Assembly (NCBI GenBank): GCA_037481775.1
Contig: JBBFKZ010000003.1
Coordinates: 64,001 to 128,000 of the forward strand
Direction: 5' to 3'
DNA length: 64,000 bases
Origin: Candidatus Bathyarchaeia archaeon
Lineage (GTDB): Archaea > Thermoproteota > Bathyarchaeia > Bathyarchaeales > Bathycorpusculaceae
Shown in pieces: positions 1-9,446 of this stretch (within the stretch, counting starts at the first letter, position 1; each line of letters opens with the position of its first letter). The notes beneath the pieces are model-generated. The model was not told the DNA's origin, did no database searches, and saw nothing but the letters and a program-made list of their open reading frames with translations. The position numbers and the translations under genes are program-made.

Positions 1-1005
1 TCCATAAGGTGCGTAGCCATACACCGCTGTATATGAAGTTACATCGTCAATCACATGTATATCAATTATGCCAAAATCATGGATTATTTCTTTTTGCTCT
101 AAAGTATAATCGTTTGCTTGGCTAAGAGACCATATTGGTTCAATATTCGTCACTTTGATTTCCCTATTTGCGCCTACGTAGACCGCGCTATGAACCATAG
201 GCTTAAGATATGAAGCGGTGGTGGGAACGAGCTTCATTCTTTTGGGGCTTTTCTTAGACCAATCAGAACAGAAAGGACAGAAATATATAACTTGAGTTTC
301 ATGCTTTGTTTTTGAACACACCCATCTCGATTGAGTGAGCTTTTTCCTCCTCAAATCGAGAAGCAAGTCTCCAGTACAACCATCATCTTCACATTTGAAT
401 ACGGGTCCATCTTTTTGAGGATCTGTAAATCGGGGTGTGATTTCATGTTGATATCCGCACTTATCGCAGAAAAAGATCAATGAGATCTGACGCAAGTTTC
501 CTTTCTTGCAGCTTGGGCACTGCAACGAGGTAAGCTTACTTAAATCCGTAGGTACCATGTAAAAATTACAGTTATCACATTTTAAACCTCTGGGATACAG
601 TGCAATCTTTGCTTCTCTTGGAGAAACAATTTTTATTTGATTTGGCAAAACGAAGTTTGGATACTTTTCGTTTTGCTCTGCTTCATCAATGCCGCGTACA
701 GCGTTCTCTAAGCCCCATTTCTCGGCAATTTTTCTTAATACATCGATGCTACCCTGTTCTTGTTCACGTGCAGATTTTGACGATTGCTGAAACGATGAAC
801 TTGCTGAGCTGGATAATTGCTTTGCCAATATCCGAGAGATTATAGCCGCCAAAGTTTCCTGAAGTTGTTCGTGTGGGAGGGTGTCTCCGTCAAAGTACAA
901 GACCCTCCAAGACTTTTGATTGGCGTCAAATGTTGAGAAAGGAAATCTCTTTGTTATTGCTTGCCAATCTGTCGCTATGTACTGCGAAGGATGTTCTTCG
1001 GTCAT
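1..1005 (-). CDS. DrmB-like (DUF1998/MrfA Zn-binding family) protein, 5' part; runs off the window
   Basis: Hand translation from ATG 1005 (MTEEHPSQY...) is open to base 1. It contains YPRGLKCDNC...CPSC...LRQISLIFFCDKCG and later AVYGY, the DrmB-like N-terminal Cys pattern. Starts 5 nt after the helicase stop. Absent from the ORF track because it is truncated. Confidence 0.7.
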   Translation of the reverse strand, partial: MTEEHPSQYIATDWQAITKRFPFSTFDANQKSWRVLYFDGDTLPHEQLQETLAAIISRILAKQLSSSASSSFQQSSKSAREQEQGSIDVLRKIAEKWGLENAVRGIDEAEQNEKYPNFVLPNQIKIVSPREAKIALYPRGLKCDNCNFYMVPTDLSKLTSLQCPSCKKGNLRQISLIFFCDKCGYQHEITPRFTDPQKDGPVFKCEDDGCTGDLLLDLRRKKLTQSRWVCSKTKHETQVIYFCPFCSDWSKKSPKRMKLVPTTASYLKPMVHSAVYVGANREIKVTNIEPIWSLSQANDYTLEQKEIIHDFGIIDIHVIDDVTSYTAVYGYAPYG

Positions 1006-1009
1006 TTCA

Positions 1010-4000
1010 TTATTCCTCCTCTTCTTGCATTTCCAAAGATTCTTCAAGCACTTCTTCGGCTATTCCGAGCTTGCTTGAAATAGGATAAACCATGATCTCT
1101 CTGTATCGTACTTGTTTTTTCTTTTCGCGTAGTGTTGGTGTCAATATTTGTTTCACTTCAAGATGTTTCGTGGTTTCCAGCCGCGAGTCTTTGAAGTCCA
1201 TAAGCAAATCTCTTACATTTCTAAGAATCAATTCGCGTATTTTGTGTTCCTCTGATTTTGGCATTGAACCTCTTAAATAAACTTTGACCATTTGCTCCAC
1301 TAATTTAACAAGTTCATTAGGCTTGTTGTTAAAATACCGGCTTACATACTGCGCAAAACGCATTTGATGGTCGTTTACTGCTCGAGCTAAGACAAGAGCA
1401 TTAAAGACGTTAGGGATGGAAAGAGAAATGGCATACCTATTTAGCACATTGATTGGAGTGGGCTCAAAAAGTTCTCCTTTATCCATATCCTGAATTGCTT
1501 GTCGAAAGTTTTGGTAAACCCATTGATCCCGTGGAATATTTGGTAATAAATGCAGTAAAACAAGCGAAGGCAATTCTTCGCGACCTGTTCTTCCTACCAC
1601 TTGAGCTAGTTCAATAAAAGTCTTGGGTGTACCAAAAAAGTGAAGTATATTCAGACCTGGAAAGTCTACTCCTTGACCATATATTTGTGTCACCACTAGA
1701 ACGTCAAGTTTATGTTCCCTTACAAGTTTATTTAGAATCGTTAGTTCTTGGCTGGATAAATCTCCGTAGCCAAATTTCACCCATGGTCGACCTAGTTTAA
1801 GCTCCTTTGCCAGGTCTGGTATCCATTTCTCAAGATCTCTTCCCTCATCTTTTCTCAACACGTAAATCGTTTGAGTTTTATAAGCTAAAGTTGCATCGTA
1901 TCCTAATTCCTTTAGTTCTTTGACTATACTTTTGTTCTCATTCAAGGTTTTTTGGAGATAGTCATGAAAAGACGTGGCAATCCAAGATACTGACCATCTG
2001 GTTGTTTTACCAAGTGGTTCCAATAGAATATACCGATGGCGAACCTCATTGACGTTTCTGAAGAAGTAGCCTTCACTTCCGTTAATGGACCAAAAAGATT
2101 TCTCGCTAGGAAAGACTTGCTGTTCAGTATTTGGATAGCCTGTCAAGTTGTAGACCAGTTCTTCTCGATTAACGATAGTGGCTGTTGCACCTAAATACCA
2201 ATATTTTTGTGGTCCCCCATAATGCTCGTTTAGCACCCTTAGTAAGGATAGAAATTGACCAAGTAGATTGCCTTGCGTGCCTACAAGGGTATGAACCTCA
2301 TCAAAAATAACAAGGCAGGGTGTGGATTTGGTCAGATTTTCTGGTCCCATCGCGGAATTGCATACAGGGCAGTGATGAATTTGCTCATTTTGATCCTTTT
2401 TGCACAAGGCGTAATGTCTATGGCATGTTGGGCACTTTTTGCATGGGGCACCAAATATCGTATGCGAATAAACTGATGTCGTTAACGCATTTACAATCTT
2501 GTCGGGAGTGCCCACTATCACGTTGGGGCAAAACGCTTCTGTTTCCATATTGCTTAACATAACGAAGTCTAGCTTTTCCCCACATTTCTCACATACAGGA
2601 AGGATTCTGTAATTATCAGGCTTATGGGCAATAATTTTATCATGCCCACAGGAGGGGCATCTATCGATATTTGGTATTTCCATACCTTCATGAACGTCGG
2701 GAGGCCGAAGACTAGCGACAGCTGTCCAAATAGAGTCATCGAAATTTCTTCCTCCCATATATAGACCCAGAGTTGCTTTGGCTCCGAGTTTGTTCAACTG
2801 GTAAAAGAATCCAACCATTTCACTAAATTGAAGAGAGTTTAATGCACGCGTTGGAAATGTTATAAAAGTTGTTGTGCCACTCATCCCTTCCGTGAGTAAA
2901 AACATTAGGACAGCACAAACATAAAACACTAAAGACTTGCCAGTTGCAGTGGGAGCCACTATTATGAGTGGTCTCGAGTCTTGGCTTAACAGCTTCTTAA
3001 TGAAAACTTGAATTGCGTCCCATTGAAATTGGTACATATACTCAAGCTTTGGATTACTCTGATAAAGAGCCTTCAAAACAATAAAAAGCTTCGACACTTT
3101 ACCACTCGAAATCAAGGTCTCTTTCTCTTTGTTATTTAAGATATGCATGTTGCCAAGCATTGTTGCTTCATTTTTGATCAGATCCACGAATGGTATCTTC
3201 ATGCGAACAGGTTCAACTCTAGGATAATCATAAAGGATTATCGGAGAAGAGAACACCTTGGTCTTTTCATAGGTCGAAATTGTAGGAGAGGTGTTAACAT
3301 TTGCGCATTGCAATGGATCTATTGGCAAAAGTATGTTTCCATCATGTACGTTAATTAGTGAATAAACACCTATAAAAGATCTCTTTATAACCTCTTCCTC
3401 ACTGAAGCGGCGGACAAGCAAAGCACCACGGCTTTCCTTCATGGATTTAGTTGTATTAGAAAAACGTAATTTCACTTTGTAAGAACTTGATTGCCCTGAA
3501 ATTTTTTCGATTGAAAGGCAAATTTTACCTTCTATACTTATCGTTTCGCGAATAAATTGAGCCAGCTCCTTTCCTGTGCTATCCGCAATTGCTTGTAGTG
3601 GGTCTTGTTCGTGTTCAAACTTGAACTGTTGTTCAAATGGCTTAGCCAATAAAGTCTTGATTTTCACTTCTGGAATGTGGACAATTCTTTCAACTGGGTC
3701 ATCAAATCCTTTCTCATAGATTTTCCCTTCAATTTCATATCTGCTTAATGGTACATGTCTTATTTGTTCACCTTCAATCCGAATCTCGCGTAATCTTCTA
3801 ACCTTTGGCTGGAGGAAGTGTATGGTGACCTCGATTCCTGAATTCTCATCACCCTGAAATAAAAATTCAGTTTGATGGAAATATGGAGCTGTGGTATTTC
3901 TGAACATCATCCTTTCTGTATGCCTGGAATAATCTTCGGGATAGAGAATGTCAACAACTCCTATGCCCTTTATTCCCCCAGCGGGGTTGTAAATAGCATT

Positions 4001-4126
4001 TGCAATCAACTTTCCTGAAAGTTCGTCGAGAAGAGTTAAACGACTATCAGAAGTTTGACTCTTCTGATGAAGAATAATATTCCATGCAATTGATTCGGCC
4101 GGACTCTTGTATTTCGCCTCAGACAT
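1010..4126 (-). CDS. SF2 DEAH helicase with Zn-finger insertions, DrmA-like
   Basis: Q-motif YQFQ, Walker A APTATGKS, FPTRAL, CPSC/CEKC insertion, GTPDK, DEVH, ATAT, QGVDFPGL, QVVGRTGR; directly upstream of the drmB-like gene. Confidence 0.8.
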   Translation of the reverse strand: MSEAKYKSPAESIAWNIILHQKSQTSDSRLTLLDELSGKLIANAIYNPAGGIKGIGVVDILYPEDYSRHTERMMFRNTTAPYFHQTEFLFQGDENSGIEVTIHFLQPKVRRLREIRIEGEQIRHVPLSRYEIEGKIYEKGFDDPVERIVHIPEVKIKTLLAKPFEQQFKFEHEQDPLQAIADSTGKELAQFIRETISIEGKICLSIEKISGQSSSYKVKLRFSNTTKSMKESRGALLVRRFSEEEVIKRSFIGVYSLINVHDGNILLPIDPLQCANVNTSPTISTYEKTKVFSSPIILYDYPRVEPVRMKIPFVDLIKNEATMLGNMHILNNKEKETLISSGKVSKLFIVLKALYQSNPKLEYMYQFQWDAIQVFIKKLLSQDSRPLIIVAPTATGKSLVFYVCAVLMFLLTEGMSGTTTFITFPTRALNSLQFSEMVGFFYQLNKLGAKATLGLYMGGRNFDDSIWTAVASLRPPDVHEGMEIPNIDRCPSCGHDKIIAHKPDNYRILPVCEKCGEKLDFVMLSNMETEAFCPNVIVGTPDKIVNALTTSVYSHTIFGAPCKKCPTCHRHYALCKKDQNEQIHHCPVCNSAMGPENLTKSTPCLVIFDEVHTLVGTQGNLLGQFLSLLRVLNEHYGGPQKYWYLGATATIVNREELVYNLTGYPNTEQQVFPSEKSFWSINGSEGYFFRNVNEVRHRYILLEPLGKTTRWSVSWIATSFHDYLQKTLNENKSIVKELKELGYDATLAYKTQTIYVLRKDEGRDLEKWIPDLAKELKLGRPWVKFGYGDLSSQELTILNKLVREHKLDVLVVTQIYGQGVDFPGLNILHFFGTPKTFIELAQVVGRTGREELPSLVLLHLLPNIPRDQWVYQNFRQAIQDMDKGELFEPTPINVLNRYAISLSIPNVFNALVLARAVNDHQMRFAQYVSRYFNNKPNELVKLVEQMVKVYLRGSMPKSEEHKIRELILRNVRDLLMDFKDSRLETTKHLEVKQILTPTLREKKKQVRYREIMVYPISSKLGIAEEVLEESLEMQEEEE

Positions 4127-4127
4127 C

Positions 4128-4216
4128 CTTAAACCTCAAGTGAGTTATTGTGACCGATACCTATTTAAGCTTGAGGGTTTAAGTGAATTATTTAGTCATG
4201 ACTAAAAAAGTCACAA
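4128..4216. promoter_or_regulatory. Divergent promoter region with inverted repeats (putative operators)
   Basis: CTTAAACCTCAAG (4128-4140) is inverted at CTTGAGGGTTTAAG (4170-4183) with a 1-nt indel; perfect 16-bp palindrome TTTAGTCATGACTAAA at 4191-4206. Confidence 0.5.
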
Positions 4217-5185
4217 GTGACAAATCATATGATTCTAGTTTGGGATTCAGCCTCAACTAATGCGTTGAATTATTCTCTAGCAAACTTTCCTGATGAGAAC
4301 GAGGTACTGCTGGTTCATGAATTCCGAACATCATCATTGTTGGAGGCGAAGGAGTTGGGTGATTCAACGAAAAAAATAACAACAGAGACACCAGAAGAGC
4401 TTCTTCAATTTGCACTGCCCTCTTTATTCGAAAGTGAGCAATACCCAGTTGTTTCTATGCTGCATAAACTTTCGCAGACGAAGCTTAAACTTTTTGAAAC
4501 TCACTCCGATGTGTTGGCATATTACATGGGAGATGCGACAGATGCCTTTTTTGCCTCTAGCCAGAGTCACTGGATAAACGGATTCATAAATTGTTTGCAA
4601 AGTTGTATGATCAAGACTAGGGTAAACATTATAGCTCTGACGGGGCGTACATTTGACCCATTTTTATTTTACTTTCAGAACTTGTTGTTATGCTTAGGTG
4701 TCAAGCAAGTTTTCATTAGACTCGTTTATGAGAGAAAAATAGCTGGTTTAGAAAGGTTGACAGATAAGCTATTGCCTGCCTCTGGTGAACCCTTTTTCAG
4801 AGTGAATGACCACGATGCATTGATGCTGTTACTGGTGCATTTTGCAAGTCATCCAGCTATTCGCTCTGAGCAACCTCACAGACCATTGAATGTAGCGGCT
4901 ATCGCAACAAAACTCCTGTCGTCAGAATTGTACAAGCTTTTGCCTCCTAAAAGAGGCGATGACAGATCCTATGATGGCATCTACAAGGCGCTGAAAAAAT
5001 TGAGCGAAGCCATGGTTTATGGTGGTTTATTAGAAAACAGCGGAAGCGGCAGACGTGACTATTACCGACTTACACCACTTGGTCACGCTTATGCAAAGAT
5101 AGCTCTTATGACCAAAGAGTTCTTCGATGAAACATTGCGCAAAATACTTGACAACTTTGAATTAATGAAAAACCAGTATTGGTGA
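4217..5185 (+). CDS. Putative transcription regulator: Rossmann/CARF-like N-terminus plus C-terminal winged HTH
   Basis: C-terminal YKALKKL...GLLENSGSGRRDYYRLTPLG is a typical wHTH wing; the alpha/beta N-terminus with IIALTGRT resembles the CARF motif (Csa3/DUF6293-like architecture). Confidence 0.5.
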   Translation: MTNHMILVWDSASTNALNYSLANFPDENEVLLVHEFRTSSLLEAKELGDSTKKITTETPEELLQFALPSLFESEQYPVVSMLHKLSQTKLKLFETHSDVLAYYMGDATDAFFASSQSHWINGFINCLQSCMIKTRVNIIALTGRTFDPFLFYFQNLLLCLGVKQVFIRLVYERKIAGLERLTDKLLPASGEPFFRVNDHDALMLLLVHFASHPAIRSEQPHRPLNVAAIATKLLSSELYKLLPPKRGDDRSYDGIYKALKKLSEAMVYGGLLENSGSGRRDYYRLTPLGHAYAKIALMTKEFFDETLRKILDNFELMKNQYW

Positions 5186-5190
5186 AATGA

Positions 5191-6525
5191 TTGGACCTAC
5201 TGAGTTTTTGTAAGGGATGTTTTGGTGATGAAGCTCCAGACCTTTGTGAGTTGTATAGGCGTCATTTCATTCTTCTACATCATCTTCGTCCTTCTACATA
5301 TCGTTTGATAAAACAGGTAGTAGAACAAAATGGTAGTCACTTTCGTATTATGGCGGGAAACCGTTGGGGATTTCAAACAACAAAAGACAACCATCAGCAT
5401 ATCTTGAATATGTTGAATATCTGTTCAGTGTCGGTTCATACGCTTGAGGAACATGTCAAAAACCTGGAGTCTAGATACAATGCGGAACCGCTTAAGCTCG
5501 GAAAACAATGCTATGTAAACCAACTAAGCGGTGAAAACTGGCGCGTTTTAAACCCACAGACAAGATCATGGTGTATGCTGCACCCAGTTTATTCAGGCAT
5601 ATTGTTGCGTGAGGGAAGCATATATTGCTGTGAGTTACACGGAGAAAACAAATACTATTGGTTCAAGAATATAAGCGAAGACGGCACCCCTAAAATTATT
5701 GAAATTAAGAAACGGGCAGCATGGAACATTGCTGTAAGATACTTTGAGCCGAAGCTTGCATATTGGATTGAAGACAACGAGCTAGGTATAGGTGTAGTAA
5801 CAACGGACAGTCTTGGCGGTCTGCCAGATGATATATTTGCTACTTTAGTAAAATTCAGACCATTGGAAAAACATCTTCCTGGACTTTTAATTTTCGAAAA
5901 GGACGATTATGAGCTGGTCAAAAAGGTTCTAAGCTGCATTAATACAAAACTAATTAAATCTACAAACGTGACCATGCTTCCTGGAGACCCCGATAAACTA
6001 CATGGCACTCCAATAATCCCGATATCGGAAATGCCTCTGGATCGCGTTAATTCTATCAAAACTATTCTATCAAAAATTTCTGGCAGTGACGTTATTTCTT
6101 CTGATGATTGCATTAAGATAAAATCCGATAAAAAAGAAATGAAGATAATTTTCATAGGCAAGTCTAGAGGGTGTACAGTTAATGGGACATTCTATGTTCC
6201 AATGGGCGCTATTGAAGATGCGCATAGAATTTATGGATTATTTCAAGCGGTTAGTAAGTACTTCAAATCAAATATCGACATTGAAAAGTTTTTTGTTCTG
6301 AATTGGTGCGCAAGAAATGAAGCCGACTTGAGCTACATTCTTGATGCGTTTATCCGTTATCTTGATGACGCTGAATTTGTTGAGGCGTTCCTGAAAGTGC
6401 AAAAGAACTATGAAATAATTCATCAATGGTATGACAGCACTACAAAAGATTACTTAAACGTAAATGTACCGTTTGACATGTTAAAAAAAGTTGGGCGGTA
6501 TCTGACAAAAATGGCCAAAATTTAA
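5191..6525 (+). CDS. Hypothetical protein in defence operon
   Basis: 444-aa ORF with 5-nt gaps to the regulator and the MTase; no motif recognised. Confidence 0.7.
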   Translation: MDLLSFCKGCFGDEAPDLCELYRRHFILLHHLRPSTYRLIKQVVEQNGSHFRIMAGNRWGFQTTKDNHQHILNMLNICSVSVHTLEEHVKNLESRYNAEPLKLGKQCYVNQLSGENWRVLNPQTRSWCMLHPVYSGILLREGSIYCCELHGENKYYWFKNISEDGTPKIIEIKKRAAWNIAVRYFEPKLAYWIEDNELGIGVVTTDSLGGLPDDIFATLVKFRPLEKHLPGLLIFEKDDYELVKKVLSCINTKLIKSTNVTMLPGDPDKLHGTPIIPISEMPLDRVNSIKTILSKISGSDVISSDDCIKIKSDKKEMKIIFIGKSRGCTVNGTFYVPMGAIEDAHRIYGLFQAVSKYFKSNIDIEKFFVLNWCARNEADLSYILDAFIRYLDDAEFVEAFLKVQKNYEIIHQWYDSTTKDYLNVNVPFDMLKKVGRYLTKMAKI

Positions 6526-6530
6526 TATAT

Positions 6531-7550
6531 GTGAAAGAATTATTTTCTCGCATGAGTGGCTTTGGTAAATTGAAGGTGCTTTCTTTATTTAGTGGCGCTG
6601 GAGGCATGGACCTGGGGTTCATTAGGGCTGGGTACAAGATCATCTGGGCTAATGATGTTAACAAAGATGCGTGCGCAACTTATGCACGAAACCTCGGATT
6701 AACCCCTATCTGCAAAGACGTAAGAAAAATAACCCATTTCCCTTCGGCTGACATTGTAGTTGGATGCAACCCTTGCCAGGGCTTCAGCTTTATAGGATCA
6801 AGAAATCCTGATGACGAAAGGAACTACCTTTATGAAGAAATTATAAGAGTTCTCAAGCAAATAAAACCCAAATTCTTTGTTACTGAAAATGTTAAGGGAT
6901 TGAAATCTCTATATAGAGGGAGATTTTTCAAGCTTATGCTCGATGGCTTTGACGATACTGGGTATAATGTGACTTGGAGCCTTCTTAATGCTAAGGACTA
7001 TGGTGTTCCTCAAGATAGAGAAAGGATTTTTATTGTTGGAGTTAGGAAAGATTTAGACTTTGAATACCAGTTTCCAGAAAAAACTCACGGTTCCGGATAT
7101 CTGCCTTATATTACTCTCAAACAAGCTATAGGCGACCTGCCTCCTCCTCGAAAAGGGGAGTATTGGGATGACAATCGATTCTCGTTTTTTTATATGTCTC
7201 GAAACAGGAGACGAACATGGGATGAAGTCAGCTTTACAATTCAAGCAAGCGGTAGGCATGCGCCATTGCATCCATCGAGCCCACCAATGAAAAAAGTTGG
7301 CAAGGACAAATGGGTTTTCACCGAGGATATAAGGAAATATAGAAGACTTTCTGTTAGAGAATGCGCTCGAATTCAAACTTTTCCGGATAACTACATATTT
7401 ATCGGTGACCTCAAGTCGCAGTACGTTCAGGTGGGAAATGCCGTGCCGCCTTTATTGGCTTCAAAAATTGCATCAGGCTTCAAGCTATCTACTGCAAGCA
7501 AGGAAGCTATGATAGCTGCTTATAGTAAGCGAGCAAAAATAGTCAAATGA
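6531..7550 (+). CDS. dcm: DNA (cytosine-5) methyltransferase, HaeIII/BsuRI-like (probably GGCC)
   Basis: Motifs FSGAGG, PCQGFS, ENVKG, QDRERIF, GNAV; the target-recognition segment YMSRNRRRTWDEVSFTIQASGRHAPLHP closely resembles that of M.HaeIII/M.BsuRI. Confidence 0.95.
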   Translation: MKELFSRMSGFGKLKVLSLFSGAGGMDLGFIRAGYKIIWANDVNKDACATYARNLGLTPICKDVRKITHFPSADIVVGCNPCQGFSFIGSRNPDDERNYLYEEIIRVLKQIKPKFFVTENVKGLKSLYRGRFFKLMLDGFDDTGYNVTWSLLNAKDYGVPQDRERIFIVGVRKDLDFEYQFPEKTHGSGYLPYITLKQAIGDLPPPRKGEYWDDNRFSFFYMSRNRRRTWDEVSFTIQASGRHAPLHPSSPPMKKVGKDKWVFTEDIRKYRRLSVRECARIQTFPDNYIFIGDLKSQYVQVGNAVPPLLASKIASGFKLSTASKEAMIAAYSKRAKIVK

Positions 7551-7598
7551 AAGATTAATATTGCTTTTTCAACTTTTAATAACCCTTGGGAGTGAAGG

Positions 7599-8000
7599 AT
7601 GGATCGCGTCTCTCGAGAGAAACGTTCAAAAATCATGTCTGCCATACGTTCAGTAAATACAAAACCTGAAATTAGCTTAAGAAAAGCATTATGGGCAAAG
7701 GGGCTACGATTCAGAATACAATATGGCAAAGAAAAAATTGACATAGCCTTTCCGCATAAAAAGCTTGCCGTTTTTATTGATGGCTGCTTTTGGCATGGGT
7801 GCCCGATACACTCCCATATGCCAAAAAGCAACAAGGAATACTGGCTTCCAAAATTGAGGAAGAACATCGAACGAGACAAAGCAAAAAATGAGCGTCTAAG
7901 GAATGAAGGGTGGCGAATTATGCGTTTTTGGGAACATGAGTTAACAGATATCAGCGAGGTTATGGATAGAATCCTAAGCGAACTGAAACGAATAGGCTAA
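7599..8000 (+). CDS. vsr: Very short patch repair endonuclease
   Basis: RSKIMSAIRSVNTKPE, FIDGCFWHGCP, GWRIMRFWEHE; follows an m5C MTase. Confidence 0.95.
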   Translation: MDRVSREKRSKIMSAIRSVNTKPEISLRKALWAKGLRFRIQYGKEKIDIAFPHKKLAVFIDGCFWHGCPIHSHMPKSNKEYWLPKLRKNIERDKAKNERLRNEGWRIMRFWEHELTDISEVMDRILSELKRIG

Positions 8001-8081
8001 TTTCGTTCTTAGCAGCACCCTTCAGGGATTATCCAATCACTCCTTGGATTATGCGCCAATACAGTAACCAAAATAAGCCGT

Positions 8082-8525
8082 TCACCTTCTTCTGGGTTCT
8101 CTTTTTCCTCGCTCTGCCTTTTCTTCCAACTGCGTGTCGTATTCCTCGAATACTTCATCAATTTGTGAGTGGATAAAATCCAAAGCGCCGCGATATGGCG
8201 CTTTCATTTCTCTAACAGCGTTTTCAAGTTTTTCGTATTTGTCTCTTGGAATTTCTACATATTCAGAATTTTCTTTCAGAAACTTGAGTTTCCACCTTGT
8301 TGCGTCACGTACAAACTCCTCTCTTGTTGTAAAGCCCAAGCGCTTGTTCTCAGCAATAAACTTCTCAATCTCAGCAAGCAGCTCAGGAGGCAATATAACC
8401 GACTGGTTCAACATAGCTTCTATAGCATCCTGATACGTCTGCATCTTGCTTGTCTGCGCCATAAGCGTTCCAGGCGTGGCTGTCAGTTTTCTATGGCTGA
8501 CATCTGATATTCTGAGCGTTTTCAT
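8082..8525 (-). CDS. Ribbon-helix-helix-type DNA-binding protein
   Basis: VILPPELLAEIEKFI...GFTTREEFVRDA RHH pattern. Confidence 0.7.
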   Translation of the reverse strand: MKTLRISDVSHRKLTATPGTLMAQTSKMQTYQDAIEAMLNQSVILPPELLAEIEKFIAENKRLGFTTREEFVRDATRWKLKFLKENSEYVEIPRDKYEKLENAVREMKAPYRGALDFIHSQIDEVFEEYDTQLEEKAERGKREPRRR

Positions 8526-8527
8526 TT

Positions 8528-8941
8528 TTATGTCTCCTTGATTTTTTTGCTTATTGGCCAGCCTTTTTCAATTAGGATCTTCCGTACTTTCGGTATGTTT
8601 AGGGCGAATTCCACATGGCGGCAGTTGTCTGTGCCGCAGTATTCGCAGAGAACCCTGTCGGGTTTAAAGTAAACATCTATTATCCTTCCTTTTGATACGC
8701 CGTTGTCAAGGCTTCTGTCCAATATTCGCACGCCGTTTTCGCTTATGTTGAAGTGTTCAAGTTGTGGCAATTCCGACGCGGCGCCGAGAATTTTCAATTC
8801 TGAGCATTTTTCGCGGACAGCATCGGTTACGAAGTCCGCTAAGCTTTTGTAGCCCATTTCCGGATGAGCCTTGATGTATTCCTCGATGAGGTTTATGAGT
8901 TCTCTTTGGAGGCTTACGCCGCGGTACTTGTCCATGGGCAT
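8528..8941 (-). CDS. RHH (CopG-like) regulator with C-terminal SWIM-like Zn motif
   Basis: YRGVSLQRELINLIEEYI...GYKSLADFVTDAVR; CEYC...CRH. Confidence 0.75.
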   Translation of the reverse strand: MPMDKYRGVSLQRELINLIEEYIKAHPEMGYKSLADFVTDAVREKCSELKILGAASELPQLEHFNISENGVRILDRSLDNGVSKGRIIDVYFKPDRVLCEYCGTDNCRHVEFALNIPKVRKILIEKGWPISKKIKET

Positions 8942-9091
8942 TTTACCACACTCTTGCTTTACCTATACGTTAATCAAGTCTTAATAAATTTTCGGTTCTC
9001 CCCAGCGCAGTTTTTAGGCTGTTAAAGCGATAATCCTTAAATCCGCAGCCATACGCATACCACAGAAGTAAAGCCTAAGTGGGGTAAAAAC

Positions 9092-9283
9092 ATGCCTGGA
9101 GCAAACTACAAAAGCATATCCATCAACGACGAACTCATCGAACGAACCAGACAACTCATCAAAAAACTGGGAACATACCACAGCCTGTCAGAATTCATCT
9201 CAGAAGCCGTACGCCTCCGCATAGAAACCCTTGAAAAACAGCCAGAAGCCAAAGGAGAAACAAACCATGATCTTGTCCGCTGA
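9092..9283 (+). CDS. Small RHH (CopG-like) regulator
   Basis: YKSISINDELIER...YHSLSEFISEAVR; divergent paralogue of 8528-8941. Confidence 0.75.
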   Translation: MPGANYKSISINDELIERTRQLIKKLGTYHSLSEFISEAVRLRIETLEKQPEAKGETNHDLVR

Positions 9284-9446
9284 AGAACTCCAAAAAATAG
9301 TCAAACTCCTAAAAGAACTGAACGAAACGTCAGAAACCGCCATAAAAGAGCTTGTAGACCGCAAAATCGCCGAAGCCATAGACCAGCACCTGGAAGACTA
9401 CGAGCATAAGGAAAAACCCGCAACAGAAGAGGCGTACCTGCCATGA
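9267..9446 (+). CDS. Small hypothetical protein of the element
   Basis: ATG 9267 with upstream GGAG; overlaps both neighbours in the operon. Confidence 0.55.
   Translation: MILSAEELQKIVKLLKELNETSETAIKELVDRKIAEAIDQHLEDYEHKEKPATEEAYLP

Noticed and set aside
600-3358. Short + strand ORFs over the drmB/drmA-like genes
   Set aside because: Antisense shadows of long motif-bearing genes.
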